From assembly GCF_031769215.1 (NCBI RefSeq), contig NW_026782241.1, forward strand, positions 930,001-994,000: a DNA stretch of 64,000 nt, given 5' to 3'. The stretch's first letter is position 1, and each line of letters begins with the position of its first letter. Source of the stretch: Ylistrum balloti (Eukaryota). The position numbers and the translations under genes are program-made. The notes under the pieces were generated by a model. The model did no database searches. It was not told the origin of the DNA and worked only from the letters and a program-made list of their open reading frames with translations. Positions 45,001-59,100 of this stretch are shown piece by piece.

Positions 45001-45246
45001 GGTGGTCTAGGAATACAGCAAATGTTCGGCGCCATATATGATAAAAGTATTTCTGTGAAAGGGAAGACGGACTGTTACGGTCTCCATTGTTTCACATGGA
45101 GTTTTGCGGTCGTAGCCGTGTTGAGTCTGTGTTCTTGTATATTTAATTTCGGAATTTTACAAGGAGAATTTGAAAAAAGGAAATATCTGAAGGAAAATGG
45201 TTCCGAAGAAATGCGTAATGTTGACGATGGAAACAAAGAATCTTAG
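41874..45246 (+). CDS. MFS transporter, nodulin-like / yeast Mch1 / plant NFD4-type, ~463 aa; join(41874-42024, 43419-43625, 44214-45246) with a 1-nt frameshift at ~44845
   Basis: Multiple hydrophobic helices; [10 protein letters not shown]...[22 protein letters not shown] (MFS motif A-like), [34 protein letters not shown]. Adding one T at 44843-44845 joins the two overlapping ORFs. Confidence 0.88.
42739..43066 (+). mobile_element. Truncated TRIM (mini-LTR element) with tRNA-Thr-derived Pol III boxes inside the LTR (Helenus-like)
   Basis: Direct repeats at 251-bp period (42739.. vs 42990..); LTR end TGTAACA at 42880; PBS-like TGTTGCCCATATAGGGAC at 42883-42900; second LTR starts TGTAAC at 42938; A-box 42788-42806, CTAGTAA loop 42812-42818, B-box GGTTCGAAACC 42832-42842. 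Confidence 0.7.
43419..43625 (+). CDS. MFS transporter exon 2
   Basis: ttttttag acceptor, gtaatt donor, phase 1-1. Confidence 0.9.
44214..45246 (+). CDS. MFS transporter exon 3 (frameshifted as assembled)
   Basis: tttaacag acceptor; ORFs 44138-44920 and 44836-45246 are consecutive halves. Confidence 0.85.
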
Positions 45247-48200
45247 ATAAGAGACAATATGTTCAATGCTTAATGTAAAAGCGTGTCATCAGACATGGGG
45301 ATACTATTCAACTTGATACGTTTTTTATGGAAGTTAATGTCAAAATGTTTTAAGGAGAGGACATTTTTGTTTTACAAAATCCATTTACAGTCTGTTCCTC
45401 TGAAATTATTTCTTTTCGTGCGAGTTTTCGTTAATTTCTTGAGTACTCTGAATAAGTAGATACCGAACTGAACGGAGACGTTCTTTCTGTTTAGAATGGG
45501 TATGTTAGTGTGAAGAATGGAAAAATCATTTTTCTTACAGCGGAAGTGTTTTTTAGACGAGGGTGTTGAAGATTGGTTAACAGATTTTTGGAATTATTTA
45601 AAATCCACATACTATTAATTCCACTTCTAGAGTATCATAAAAAGATTGTGACCAAGATTAGATTGTGCTAAAATTGGCGATTAGTAGTCTTGACACAGGT
45701 TTGGCTTGGTTGTCCAGCTAGACGAGCCAGCAATAAAACGTTGTTTACATGGATTCTTGTAAAGTGTAGTCTTATTTCCAAGTTTGAACGGAAACCTGCC
45801 ACCTCAAGTTTCCATTGTCAACTGACTTAATTATATATATACTCAAATTAGCACTTAAAAACCTACATGGACTCTACATACCTTCCACCACATTTTTATA
45901 CCGACATATTCAACCATTACAGATGTAAAAGATCAAATTTCGACTGCCAATAAAAATGCTTCATGGTAAATTACACTAGTGACAACGCAATTTACAGGAA
46001 GATTATATTGAAGTGTTATGTATAGCCTGTTCTTACACGTTGCACAAAATGGATATTAAAATCATTATTAAAATGACAATTGGTTGATGTTTTTGGCCTG
46101 CCTATAAAATATGTTTTTCTTTTTGTTCATCTATCATGATATAATGTCATTTCTCTTGTTATTTAGGTGTGTAAGAAGAGGACATTCACTCATATCTGGT
46201 AGTTTACTTTAGGTTTGTTTACAACAGTTCAATGCTGAAGTCACAAAGAAATGACACTTCAGCGTTCGCCATTCCACTGACCAGTTAATAATTTCAAATA
46301 AGTTTCAACATAGTAATCATATTATAGTTACTAACACAAACGATTAAAGTAACCGACATTTTGATACATGTTATATATTGCTTTCTAACGCACATTTAGT
46401 CATCACCTTTATTTCCAAGGAAGAAACTAAATATCACTCTCGTAGTTGTTAAAGACAATTGATCAAGTGGTCTATTTCAAATTAGAAGATGATAAATGTT
46501 GCCTTTAACACATGTTTAAACGTATTTGTATACCCGGATATTGATAACGCAATTTCATTGTTAGTGTGGTGGGCCTCTCTAGCAACGCAGATATTTACGA
46601 ACACGATAAAGCATCAGTGTTGTATTATCATTTGTGTCCATCATCGAACAATAAATCCCATAAATACGCATATATATATTAATATTCTTTCTTTTTCATT
46701 ACACAAAGGAGACGTTCTGTACATGTAATTTGTACGCAGGGAGAAGTAGGGTTTGAAGGGCAAGTAATAATAAACTTAAGCAATAAATGACGTATTTATT
46801 CACTTAAAATATTTACACATATTTTTTTTGCCAAACATCTGTACGTAAAATATTGAAAATTTCTTCAAATTCTTGGACCGGTAAAATTGTGGGAGATTTT
46901 CATGTTATTGCAGAATCTGGAAACTACACTTATTTCCTACATTTTACCCAGTGTTATGTTTTATCCAAATATATGTTTATTTCAATTGCATTCATTATTT
47001 CTATGTGTTTTTAATTGAAAATAATATTAAGTCACATTTTGCCTCACCGGATTATAAATATAAAAGACTCACATGGCCTGTACTTGCTCTTGTTTGTTTA
47101 CAATATGAATTATATATCAAAGTGGCATTCTTAGTGGCATCATTAGTTAATCAATAAGATATTAGTATTTCTCTTTGCGTAAAAACGTTCAAGCTGAAGC
47201 TGAGGTGAGCAGCTGAAGGCCGTGAACTGGTAAAATTTGCCTATTAGCCACCAGATACATATTTTATTGATTGGTTGCTTATGAGCAAAATTAGTCAGCA
47301 GTGCCACTAAGCCAAAAATATTATAAAAGTAATCCATCTGTTGTAGTTGATGCTGTCATTTATTGAAGGCTTGTTGTTCAAGCAACAAATTTCCCTAGAA
47401 TCAATTCATTATTGAGTGACACAGGAGTTATTTCTTAGCAAACGGGAAGTGTGATATTCTGTAGTCAACTATTGCTACACGGTTACCGACACCTATTTGA
47501 TGATCTCCTAGTCAAAGTCTGTCATGTTGCTTGTAAAACATTCAGAGTACTCAATATTGACTTTAGATTCGGTATATTGTGTTTTGTTGATACAGGAGTT
47601 ATTTTTAACAAACGGGAAGTGTGATATTCTGTGGTCTACTATTGCTACACCTTAATTATCTAAACCTATTCATAAGTTTCATAGTTTCTATACCTGCTTC
47701 ATTTATCTGCCTAACACACAGAATACCATTACCTGTATTTCAATCTTCTGGATAAATAAGTTATTCTGTGATATTGCTTATGGTAAAATGGATAATGTTT
47801 GTGTTATCCCAATTTGCAAATCAAGATTGAAAGATCAACGAAAGACTTCAAATTAGCAAGAAGTCTAGATTCTCCTCGAAATAATTGTTTGAAACATATG
47901 CTGGCTGTAGAGGATAGAAGTAAGTTATGTGTTAAGTAAGTCAGAAAAAGACCATGTTACTTGCGATTCATTTGAGGAGACTGGGGATAATCCAAATGAC
48001 AAAGAAACGAACCCTACACATCTAACTCTTCTTCTCATAGAAGATTTGAAATAAACTTCCTCTTCACATCGGAAGTATTCTCTATGTTACGAGTATAACG
48101 ATAGCTGTATAAACATTCACAAGTCTGTCCGTCACTCTCTTATCCATAAATATTGGTGTCCTCCTGATCTTCGTGTAAAGAATTAAACAATTATGTTCCT

Positions 48201-51200
48201 CTGCAAAGTAAACTGAGTGGATTCATTTCCGCAGTTGTAATTAATGATTTGCTTGAAATTGAACATCAAGTATCCAAACATGAGAATTCCCCTGAACCCT
48301 GGGTCAATTTAAGGACATGTGTTTTGGACGAAACATAAAACTAAAACCACCTGAAAATCAAATGACTACCTATCCAAAGTCATTCTGTCAAGATATTTTC
48401 ACAAAATTGTTGATACATTGAACACTTAAGTTGTCCTAAAATACCTTGGCACAACCCATATATCCCTTCAAGAAGCTGTCACATAGCAAATACTGTTTTT
48501 ACCAAATCATTCTATGGTAACCACGTCACTCTTATCTTATCATATAGAGGGCAGAAAAAACGCAAAGTTTATGTCCATTGTGCTGCCTGATGTACATGTT
48601 TTAGATACACTAGGTTCTTTTCACGGCAGTGTAAATGATGCAACCGTAACTCAACTTGGAGAAATTCGGCGTCCTGTAATCTTGGCTACAAGTAAACGAC
48701 AATATGATTGTATTATGATAAATATAATACAAGCGAATTTTAGATTTTCCCTTCTTTAAGGTGCGCCTGATTTAATCGATATATTCTATGTTTAAGTTGA
48801 ATGTCACATCAAACTTGAATGACAACTACGGAAAACTATATACCAGGAAATTAGATTATGTTCCTATCGGGTGTAATTTAGGGAAAAACATGGTGGTGTC
48901 TTAATTCTGGATAAAATACAGCTGTTTTGCTGACCACTTGAACTGTAAGTGGCTTAGAGACATTTTTCTGGCATTTTGCATTTCCAGGTTCATTAGAAAC
49001 TAATCGGTATATCAGTGTGTTGTCGTGTCTTACTTGTCTTTATAAAATTATCAAACGACATCAAGACTTTGATCACTCACAGTGATACAAAGTACATGTA
49101 ATTTAACATAGATTTAACTGTATCACATACATTTATTTATACTTATATTTAGAACAGCGAGCATGACAGTGAATGTTTTAGAAAAAAGTATCGTTATGTT
49201 GAGATATAACCGATTGGTGCAACAACGGAAGTAATCCATTAACCGTTAAACGATCCTTGTTACTTCCTTCTTATGGTAGTAATTAGCACCAACTATATTC
49301 TGGGCAGGTTACGTAAAAGTTACTGTATGTATCCATCTATTATCTGTTCTAAGATATAATACTGAAAGATACGGTTTTATGAGTTATGTAATTTGCGAAA
49401 ATATTTGCTATTATAATTTCTAGGAATAATGAAAAGATATGACATCACGGCTACATTCTAGATTCCAGAACCATCTTACCTGTGATTTATGACCACATAG
49501 CGTCCTGTCATTGGTACAAGTAAAGGATTTTGTTTAGAACTATATATCAAACACTTGATGTGATATCAAATAGTATCTCGTACAAGAATTTAACTTTATT
49601 ACGTTTTTAAACATTTGTGACACAAACTATTTCAACTTATACCTATCCCTCTCGTTGAATCAGAGATAAACCCGGCATAAATTGGGGAGTACCAGAGACA
49701 AGCTTATGGGATCGCCTTGGTGACAGACGATAGTCCTAATTATTCTGACCTTTTATCCACTTCTAAAATGTGCGGCATGACAATTTCTTTCTCCATGTTT
49801 CGTTGCAATGCCGCTCCAGGCACAAGTCACTTATCTCTCTCATTTTACTAGTACCAAAGTTCTCACGATCATCGACTCCACACTTATATTAAAGATTTGA
49901 TGGAACATCAGAATATTCTAACTAGGCAGAAGAATGTCTTATCCACTTAACTAGTCAAACTTCCAATATCTTGTGGATCTGCTTCCGAAAAAACATTAGT
50001 AGAACATAATATCATAATATCGAAGAAGTATGTGATAAGTACATGCACGCAGGCGTATGCTTTGGGACAAGATGTTAAAAATCTAAATGCATATCGAAAC
50101 AGTGGTTACAGACTCCTAGTCAAAGTCCGTTCAGCCTAAGCTCAACTCAAAATTGACTTTAAATTTGGTAAAATGGGTTTTTCTCTGACTTAAAGATTTA
50201 AACACATTTGAATACTAACTCTACTGAGTTTTTATTATGACATTTTATTTATCATTAGCAATATACTTTGTGCAGTACTTAATATCTATGTAACGGATCT
50301 GTAAGTGTTTTTTTAATCCATCGTTTGCCGTAACCCTTTCTACCACATCTAGATTCTGGGAGAGAGTCACACATTCAAAATGAATTATTATCTAGATGAT
50401 TTCATTGTATTGAAAAGTTAACACCTATCTTTCTGGATTTCTGTGTTTTTTTGCACAAAGCATTATTTAATAACCCCAAGAAGAGAAAGAAACAGATTCA
50501 GTGCATACAACACGGAGCATATGTTTGATACCCGTTATTTCGCCTGTTGGGTTCATTGTTTTTTGTCTTGTTTTCCTTTTGTGAACGTAACATTACATGC
50601 TTGGATTTACATGATGGATGTCGTAGGTGAAGCAGAAGAGGATTACTCCTCCGAAATACCTGCTTTTGTTAATAGAATTTGCGTTTGAATGAAGAGTATG
50701 TTGTCATGTCGGTAGTTTCTTCGTTATTTATGTGTGTATTGCAAAATTTACAGTTGATTGTATCCGTTAGTGTATTTACCATCGATAGAGCCCAGGTAAT
50801 AAGTACCAGCTTAACTGCTGACTTGAAGATGTACAATATTAGAATTGTGGTAGTGACTTGCTATTTGTCAATTTCAAATTGATTTAATAGTGATACTTTT
50901 TTGTACCTTGGATCACTTATTTTAACATGTGAAACTTGCTATCTTTTTTCTATGCATAAAATGTTCGCTTTATTGGAATCTGGACGGGAATATTGCAATA
51001 TCGAAATATATCGTCAGACTGACTAATGCTCATATACATGTAGCAGCAACAACCAGAGGTTTAAAAAAATAAGAGCCAATTGGCTATGACACCAATGACC
51101 TTTCAAACTGACTTTCGCTTTCATAGAACTATAGAAATATATGAAACTTATGATAGTCTGTTATCATACAAAATCGTGCAATTTAAAATTCGCATAAGTA

Positions 51201-52948
51201 AACAGTCATATGGTATTAGCTTACATGATATGTCATTGGCGGTCTACCTAGATGAAATACAGAGAATCCATCTATTGATACGGAACAAAATGAACTCGAA
51301 AATGACTTTTATTTCAGGCGGCTGTCAATATTTTTGTAGTTTGACATGAAAGACATTAACTTACCTTATATTTCGCTGATTAAGACATGAGACGTTTAAG
51401 TTCTATATAATTTTACATTGTAATGGTTTTTCGGTGTGGCGTTCTTGCTATTTCCGTTGAAAGAATACAAGGAGAATTAGACCATTTGTTCCAGCATGAT
51501 CAGCGTCTCATCATCAACGATACACGTTCTCAAATAAGACAACTTGAGCAACGAAACCACCACGCATACTAAAAAGCATTTATCATATCTGACCTCTCAT
51601 CTTTCAAGGAAACGGACTATTTCCAAATACGACCTGAAAACAGTCATAAAGCTTTCCCCTAGGTTTTCATCATCTACATGCATATCTCAAAACAAGTGTT
51701 AAGTTTATCTGTCAGCTGTCACCTTTTACAAAAGTTCTTGATATTTGGACCAAGCTAGAATATCGAATCAGCTGCGGCATTTTAACATAGATAGCATGCT
51801 ATTGACATGAGTGTCTTGTACAATCGTTGAGGAAGACGTGATGTCTCAATTTATAAAGAACTGTTATCATAAATTTTATAATAGGCACATGCTCAAAACA
51901 CGCATTAACAAGTCGTGCACTAATACACATTACAAAATCTGCCTTCAACAATATCTTGAAAAATATGTTGAACAACGGAAGGAGTTTATCAGACCTTGAA
52001 GAGATATGGCAGAAAGTAGTAACACAATCACACGAGATAACGCTTTTTCATGGTGTATAATCCTTTTACTGAAGAGGTACATTAAACAAGTTGTATGAAT
52101 GTTACACTTCACGTGCACAGTATTACCCGACCAATAGAACACATGGAGGCGTCACATGCTCGTGGAAACGGGTAAAACGGTGCGACTTTATCGTACGAAC
52201 ACTATACAGGTAAGATATCACGGATTGGACAACATCTGATCGGAAATCGACATCTTAAGGTAGGAAATGAAGACATTTCTATTGCAGATTTAATCGCAAT
52301 GAAAACAAGTACATAATATCTGACATTTTGACACTGGGAATTTATGGTTTTTTTTGCATTGGTGTTTCCTATGTTTCTTGTTTGCTATGCTATTGACTGT
52401 CAGTTCCATTATGTAAAGAATCTGTCAAGTGGTTTTTATTTTAGTTATCAACCAAGATGTGTGAAGTAAAATACGGCCATGTGTCATGAAACACCGTTCT
52501 GTCTTTAAAAACAAAATCATAACCGGTTTCAGTTTATCAGATATGGATGATCTTCAAACCATCTTCATAAATTGATACAATTAGAAATCATATGGTATTA
52601 AAACACCACTGTTTCTATAAACACATTATACATAATTCATTCTTCTTTACTATCAGATATTTGAGAAATCATAGCTACTTACCATTATTTGTTTTCTTTA
52701 TTTTTTCTGATAAAATATTTATATATTTGAAAACAACCCAGTAGTTCAAACAAATGCAGTGTCATGGTCATGCATGTTACATAAGATAATGTTTTATAAA
52801 TAGTGCTGTGACATGAAATATGTTACTAGTGTAAAACTTGAGCTTTTCATTATGTCTCGGCCAGAGAAGACAACGTTGTAGATATTGCCTCAAATAACCG
52901 AAACATTACATATCATTTGTTGATTGTTAGTGTTTACTTTTTTGACAG

Positions 52949-54516
52949 ATGGCGTTTTTTAAGCAGTGGTACTTTGGTGTTAGGTTCCTCTTGTTTATGA
53001 TGGGTAAGTCATTTCGACCGGACTTTTTACTTGTACTGATATATTTCTAACTCATTACCCTGGCAAGTTACCGATATCACATCATTTTTTCCTGCTTAGC
53101 CATTCAAAATTCCCACTTGAAATGTCTGATATCAGTTGCTTCTATTTATTTATTTATTATGATTTATGGTACTTCCATTGAAGAGTTTTGTTTCGGAATT
53201 ACTTCATATTGTTCGTTGTGTTAATAAGTTGGTTTTAACCAGCGATAATAGGTTACTCCACTTTGGCGTCGTTGGCAACGCCCACGATAACAAAATAGCT
53301 CTGAAATCATTCAATTAACTTATTTGATTACATGCTGTAAATATGCTGTATCTATGAATATAAACACTGGGTGTGGTAAGCATCATCTAGATACTCTTCA
53401 ACGGAATTGCAAATATTTCTTTATGAAATAAAATGTGTAAAAAGGTTAGTGCCCGGTTTCGCCTCTTATTTTTGTGTAATGCGCCATGGTTTATTTGTAA
53501 TCTAATTAGCATTGTGATATAGATAGTAAAATGATACCTTTATGATTTTAGGAACGTTTTTTTTTCATGTTTACACAATCATCTATGAGGATACCCGTTA
53601 TAGATCAAATGTATTGATAATCACTGACAGCACTCTCCACTTTTCCTGCGACAGTGACAAGCAATGAACTGTCGCTATTATAAGGAATGCAGAATGTGTG
53701 CAAAACCTGCTCTATATTTGGAATAAAAACGGAATTAAACATGGGTTTCCATTTCGCTGTCAGACTGACGAAACTCGTCCCGAATGTTTTCTTTTCTTTT
53801 CTCTCTGTTTTCCTTTAAAAAATCTGATATAAAAAGAAATCGCTGTCATCGAATATTTACATTCACAGTCCAATATCACAGTGTGAATTAAGTGGAAACT
53901 AGAATAAGTGTGATTTTAAGTACGGGAGGTAATATCCAACACGTAAGCATTACATCGCAAGCAAGCAATATGATGATTGTATGCCTAATTCTGTCAGATA
54001 TAACGATCCTCTGAGCCATATCACGACAGTTCAATACTTAAATACTCTTGGAAATGTTCTTTTGTGGGTTGCTGCAATACTGCAATATGTTTTGGATGGA
54101 TTGTGAAATTAACCGGATCTTAAATATAAGCATTCAATTGTAAAACCCACGTCCGAAATAATACCATTATTTTTGCAGTGTTAACGATGACGACATTCCA
54201 AGTTCAGGTTTCGGCGGAACATTCTACTTTCCCAAGTCCGTCGAGCTCTACATCTACTTCCACAACTCCGACTAGTGGTACATCTACTTCCACAACTCCG
54301 ACTAGTGGTACATCTACTTCCACAACTCCGACTAGTGGTACATCTACTTCTAAAACAAAGCCGATAAGTGTTGTATCTCCTTCCATCACGACCCAAACTA
54401 CACCTTCCTTCGATAACGGTGCTTCAAAATGGAATGGAAGACTTATCACCAGCATCATTATTCCTGCCATATCCTTGGTATTCTTATCACACAGATTGTT
54501 GTTAACAATTTCATAA
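52949..54516 (+). CDS. Small secreted Ser/Thr-rich mucin-like, probably GPI-anchored protein, paralog A, 130 aa; join(52949-53003, 54179-54516)
   Basis: gacag|ATG exon with gtaagt donor encodes the signal peptide start (MAFFKQWYFGVRFLLFMM-VLTMTTFQVQVSA); exon 2 has 4 x 10-aa TS(G/S)TSTSTTP units and a hydrophobic C-terminus after DNGAS. Confidence 0.82.
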
Positions 54517-55101
54517 AGCCGACATCGCAGTCAAGGCATTGAGAGACAAACAACGTTGTAGGTTGACGATATGACCAAAACTTTAGAAAACTTTGTTAGT
54601 ATGAGCAAACCTAAGTCTATGAAGAATAGATATTGATAACCTGCGATTTCTTATTGATCTTAACTAGGTTAATGAAGTTTCTATTCTGAAAAGAAAGTTG
54701 CCAGAAAGATAATTATCCGGACGTATGTATCAGTCTGGGATCTTGTCTTTTTATCAGCCTGTCAATTTATTATGGTTTATCGTTATTTGTGAAACGTTAA
54801 GTGGATAATCATTTATTTCTTGTTGAATATCATGTATCTGATTTGCGATAAAATGTACCGATATGTATGACCGAACGTCTCGTGAAAAAATATCTACATC
54901 ATAATCATGATCATGAAATATATGTATTTAACGGAAAAACATCTCCCATCTTGTCAGCGTGCGTCATAAGTATCCGACGTCAAAAATTTTATTATAATAA
55001 AATAATATAATAATATATAATTTTATCATGATGACATTTCTCGCTCTTTTATCGAAAAAGATTTATTTCCATCACTTGATCAAAGAGATTTCCATCTTTC
55101 A

Positions 55102-55558
55102 GACAATGATAAAAAATATATATATGTATCATATATTGTACTGAAGTTAAACACCAAATCTGGCATTCGTTGATAACATGTTAAATGCATTGCATAGATA
55201 GCATATATGTTATCCACATGAATGTTTTGTACAATCGTTGAGGGAGACTTGATGTCTAAATTTAGTTAGAACTGTTGTCATGCATTTTATAACATTTACA
55301 TGCTCAAAACACTCATTAACTAGTCGTGAACTGATACACATTACAAAATCTGCCTTCGACAATATATTTAAAAAATGTTGAACAATGAAGTGCATTTGTT
55401 GGCCATTTACGATATATGGCAGAGAGTATTTACATAATCACACCAGATAGCGAATTTTCGTTAATGACAATGATAAAAAATATATATATGTATCATATAT
55501 TGTACTGAAGTTAAACACCAAATCTGGCATTCGTTGATAACATGTTAAATGCATTGCA
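55102..55558 (+). repeat. 93-bp direct repeats (55102-55194, 55466-55558) flanking a 271-bp insert copied from 57943-58213
   Basis: I saw one substitution between insert and source; paralog B has a single 93-mer with no insert (~63306). Confidence 0.9.
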
Positions 55559-56067
55559 CGACGTGTTACAGAACTAACATGTTAATTTTTTTTATTTACT
55601 TTGTTTTTGGAATGCATTGATATCTGTTTTTATACCCATCCGTCCATCTGACAGTATTTAAACAAAATTATTTATCTATATTTCTTCAATGTGTGATAAA
55701 AAATTGTCAATGTGATACATTTCGAATTGTTTCATCTAGTGTTAAATAAAACTATATATCTTGGTGTCTAAGTTTGTCGAAAATGTTTTTGTTAAGGAAA
55801 GTGTTACATGTATAAACATATGCAAAGAACAACACAAGATTTCTTAAAATATTTCTTCAGAAATACGGTCATTTTGACATGAAGTGTATGGATGCAAATT
55901 TTCCCACAATACCATGGAAATACAGAGAAAGTGTATCAATAACTAGTTTTCTTAAGAACTTTACTTTGCAAATGTAATCGCGTGAACATCCTATTAGAGT
56001 GATAGATATGTTGATACACGTTGGCATGGTTATATAGGCATTCCAGATCTGTAACGAATTTGACGGC

Positions 56068-56070
<3 letters not shown>

Positions 56071-56151
<81 letters not shown>
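56071..56151 (+). repeat. (CT)n microsatellite at the junction between duplicated copies
   Basis: About 40 CT units. Confidence 0.97.
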
Positions 56152-56154
<3 letters not shown>

Positions 56155-59100
56155 CTTTCTCTCTCATCACAAACCATTGCTTTCTCTCTTTTTTCTTTGA
56201 TCATTCACTCTGTCTCTCATTTCCATTAATATTTTTTAGTAAACGGGAGCTGTTATATTCTGTGGTCTACTATTGGTATTTTGCACTAAAATTGCACATT
56301 TAGTACAACACCTCAGTCATCTAAGCTTATTCATAGGTTTTGTTGTTTCTATAATTGCTCTTGGACAAGATGTTGAATATCTAAATGCAGATCATATCTA
56401 CATTATTAAATAATGCCACACATTCAAAATAAATAATTATCTAGATGGTTTTATTGTACTGAACCGTTAAGCACATACCTTTCTGGATTTCTTTGTAAAA
56501 AGCATTATTGAATAATTCCAGAGAAAGAAACAGATTCTAATACAGTATATACAACACGGAGCATATGTTTGATACCCGTTATTTTGCCTGTTGGGTTCAT
56601 TGTTTTTTGTCTTGTTTTCTTTTGGTGAACGTGGCATTACATGTTTGGATTGACCAAGATTCACATGATGGATGTCGTAGGTGAAGCAGAAGAGGATTAC
56701 TCCTCCGAAATACCTACTCTTATTAATAGAATTTGCGTTTGAATGAAGAGTATGTTGTCATATCGGTATTTTCTTTTGAATTGCAAAATTCATATTTGAT
56801 TGTATGCGTTAGTTTATTTTCCATTGATACAGCTCCGATGATAAGTACCCACTAAACTGCTGACTTGAAGATGTACAATATTAGAATTGTGTCAGTGACT
56901 TGCTATTTGTCAATTGCAAATTTCAAATTGATTAGATAGTGATACTTTTTGTAACTTGAATCATTAAATTTGAACATGTGAAACTTTGCACAATAATCCC
57001 AAGTCTGTATGTCTATCGTCAGCTGATGACAATCTAATACCGTATATCAGTTTTTTTCGTATGTATCAAATGTTCGCTTTATTGGAATTACGGACGCTAA
57101 TATTACAAGATCGAAATATATCGACAGACACACTTATGTTCATTTACAAGTAGCACCAACAACCATAGGTTAAAATAAGAGCCAGTTGGCTATGGCATCA
57201 GTAACCATTCAAACTGGTTTCATAGAACTATAGAAAACTGTTAATACACTTTTGTTCACTGTATATCACATTAGAATCCACCTCCCCTATTCCTTGGTGA
57301 TATTTATCAGAAAATTACAATAGTTGACTTTGAGAAATTATGTTCTTATATTATCATACAAAATATTGTAATTTCAAAGTCGCAAGTAACCAGTCATGTG
57401 GTATTAGTTTACATGTCACTGTCGGTCTACAGAAATGAAATATAGAGAATCAATCTATTTAAACGGAGTGAAATGAAGTCGGGAATCCCTATTATTTCAG
57501 GCGGCTGTCTATATTTTTGTAGGGTGACATGAAAGACATTAACTTACCTTATGTCTGTCTGAATAAGACGTGAGACGTTTAAGTCCTATCTAATTTTACA
57601 TTGAAATGTTTTCTGTGTGGCTATCGTTCTATTTCCATTGAAAGAATACAAGGAGAATAAGACCATTTGTTCCAGCATGATCAGCGTCTCATCATCAACG
57701 ATACACGTTCTCAAATATGACAACTTGAGCAACGAAATCAACACGCATACTAAAAAGCATTTATCATGTCTGACCTCTCATCGTACAAGGAAACGGACTA
57801 TTTCTAAACCGGACCATTGGAATGGTCATAAAGCTTTCATCTAGTTTTTAATTGTTTTACGTTCATCTGTCAGCTGTCGTCTTTAAAAAAAATCTGTATA
57901 TTTGGACCAAGTTAGAATATTGAATCAACTGCGGCATGTTAACATAGATAGCATATATGTTATCCACATGAATGTTTTGTACAATCGTTGAGGGAGACTT
58001 GATGTCTAAATTTAGTTAGAACTGTTGTCATGCATTGTATAACATTTACATGCTCAAAACACTCATTAACTAGTCGTGAACTGATACACATTACAAAATC
58101 TGCCTTCGACAATATATTTAAAAAATGTTGAACAATGAAGTGCATTTGTTGGCCATTTACGATATATGGCAGAGAGTATTTACATAATCACACCAGATAG
58201 CGAATTTTCGTTATGTATAATCGTTTTTCTGAAGAGGTACATTAAAAGAGGGTGTATGAATGTTACACTTCACATGCGCAGTACTACCCAACCAATAGAA
58301 CACATGGAGACGTCATATCTTATGTAAACGGTATGAGACTTTATCGCACGATCCCAATACAGATCAGAAATCACGGATTGGACATCTGATCGGAAATCGA
58401 CATCTTAAGGTAGGAAATGAAGACATTTCTATTGCAGATTTAATCGCAATGAAAACAAGTACATAATATCTGACATTTTGACACTGGGAATTTATGGTTT
58501 TTTTTGTATTGGTGTTTCCTATGTTTCTTGTTTGCTATGCTATTGACTGTGAGTTCCATTATGTAAAGAATCTGTCAAGTGGTTTTCATTTTAATTAGCA
58601 ACCAAGATGTGTGAAGTAAAATACGGCCAGGTGTTATGAAATATCAGTAATGATCATTTAAGTGATGTAGGGTGAATATCACACGTGATGTTCATCACAA
58701 TATTTGTTAAGTTTTGAAGGGAAAGCGATAAGGAAGGACTTGATGTCGAAAAAAAAAATAGAAAAATCCATTGTAAATTTTAGCCATTTAGAAAAAGGAC
58801 GACGACTATCCCGTTTAACTACTTCGTACTATCATTTGTATGTTTAACGATCCTAACAAAATTATAACCGGTTTCAGTTTATTATCTATGGATGATCTTC
58901 AAGAAAGCTTGATGAACTGAAACAATTAGATACTATCTGTTATTTAAAATCCACCGCTGGAATAAGCATCATACACCATATTACTATTCAAGCGATGATA
59001 TGATGTTATCCATAGTATGATATTAACCTGTGTTGGTAATTAACTACCTCGTGAGCAATCTGTCTATTGACGTCGACAATTGCGTGGTTACAAATTGATT

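Noticed and set aside
49660-49730. GVPETSLWDRL, resembling a pipsqueak/pogo helix-turn-helix
   Set aside because: Only ~11 residues bounded by stops, with no transposase continuation or TIRs.
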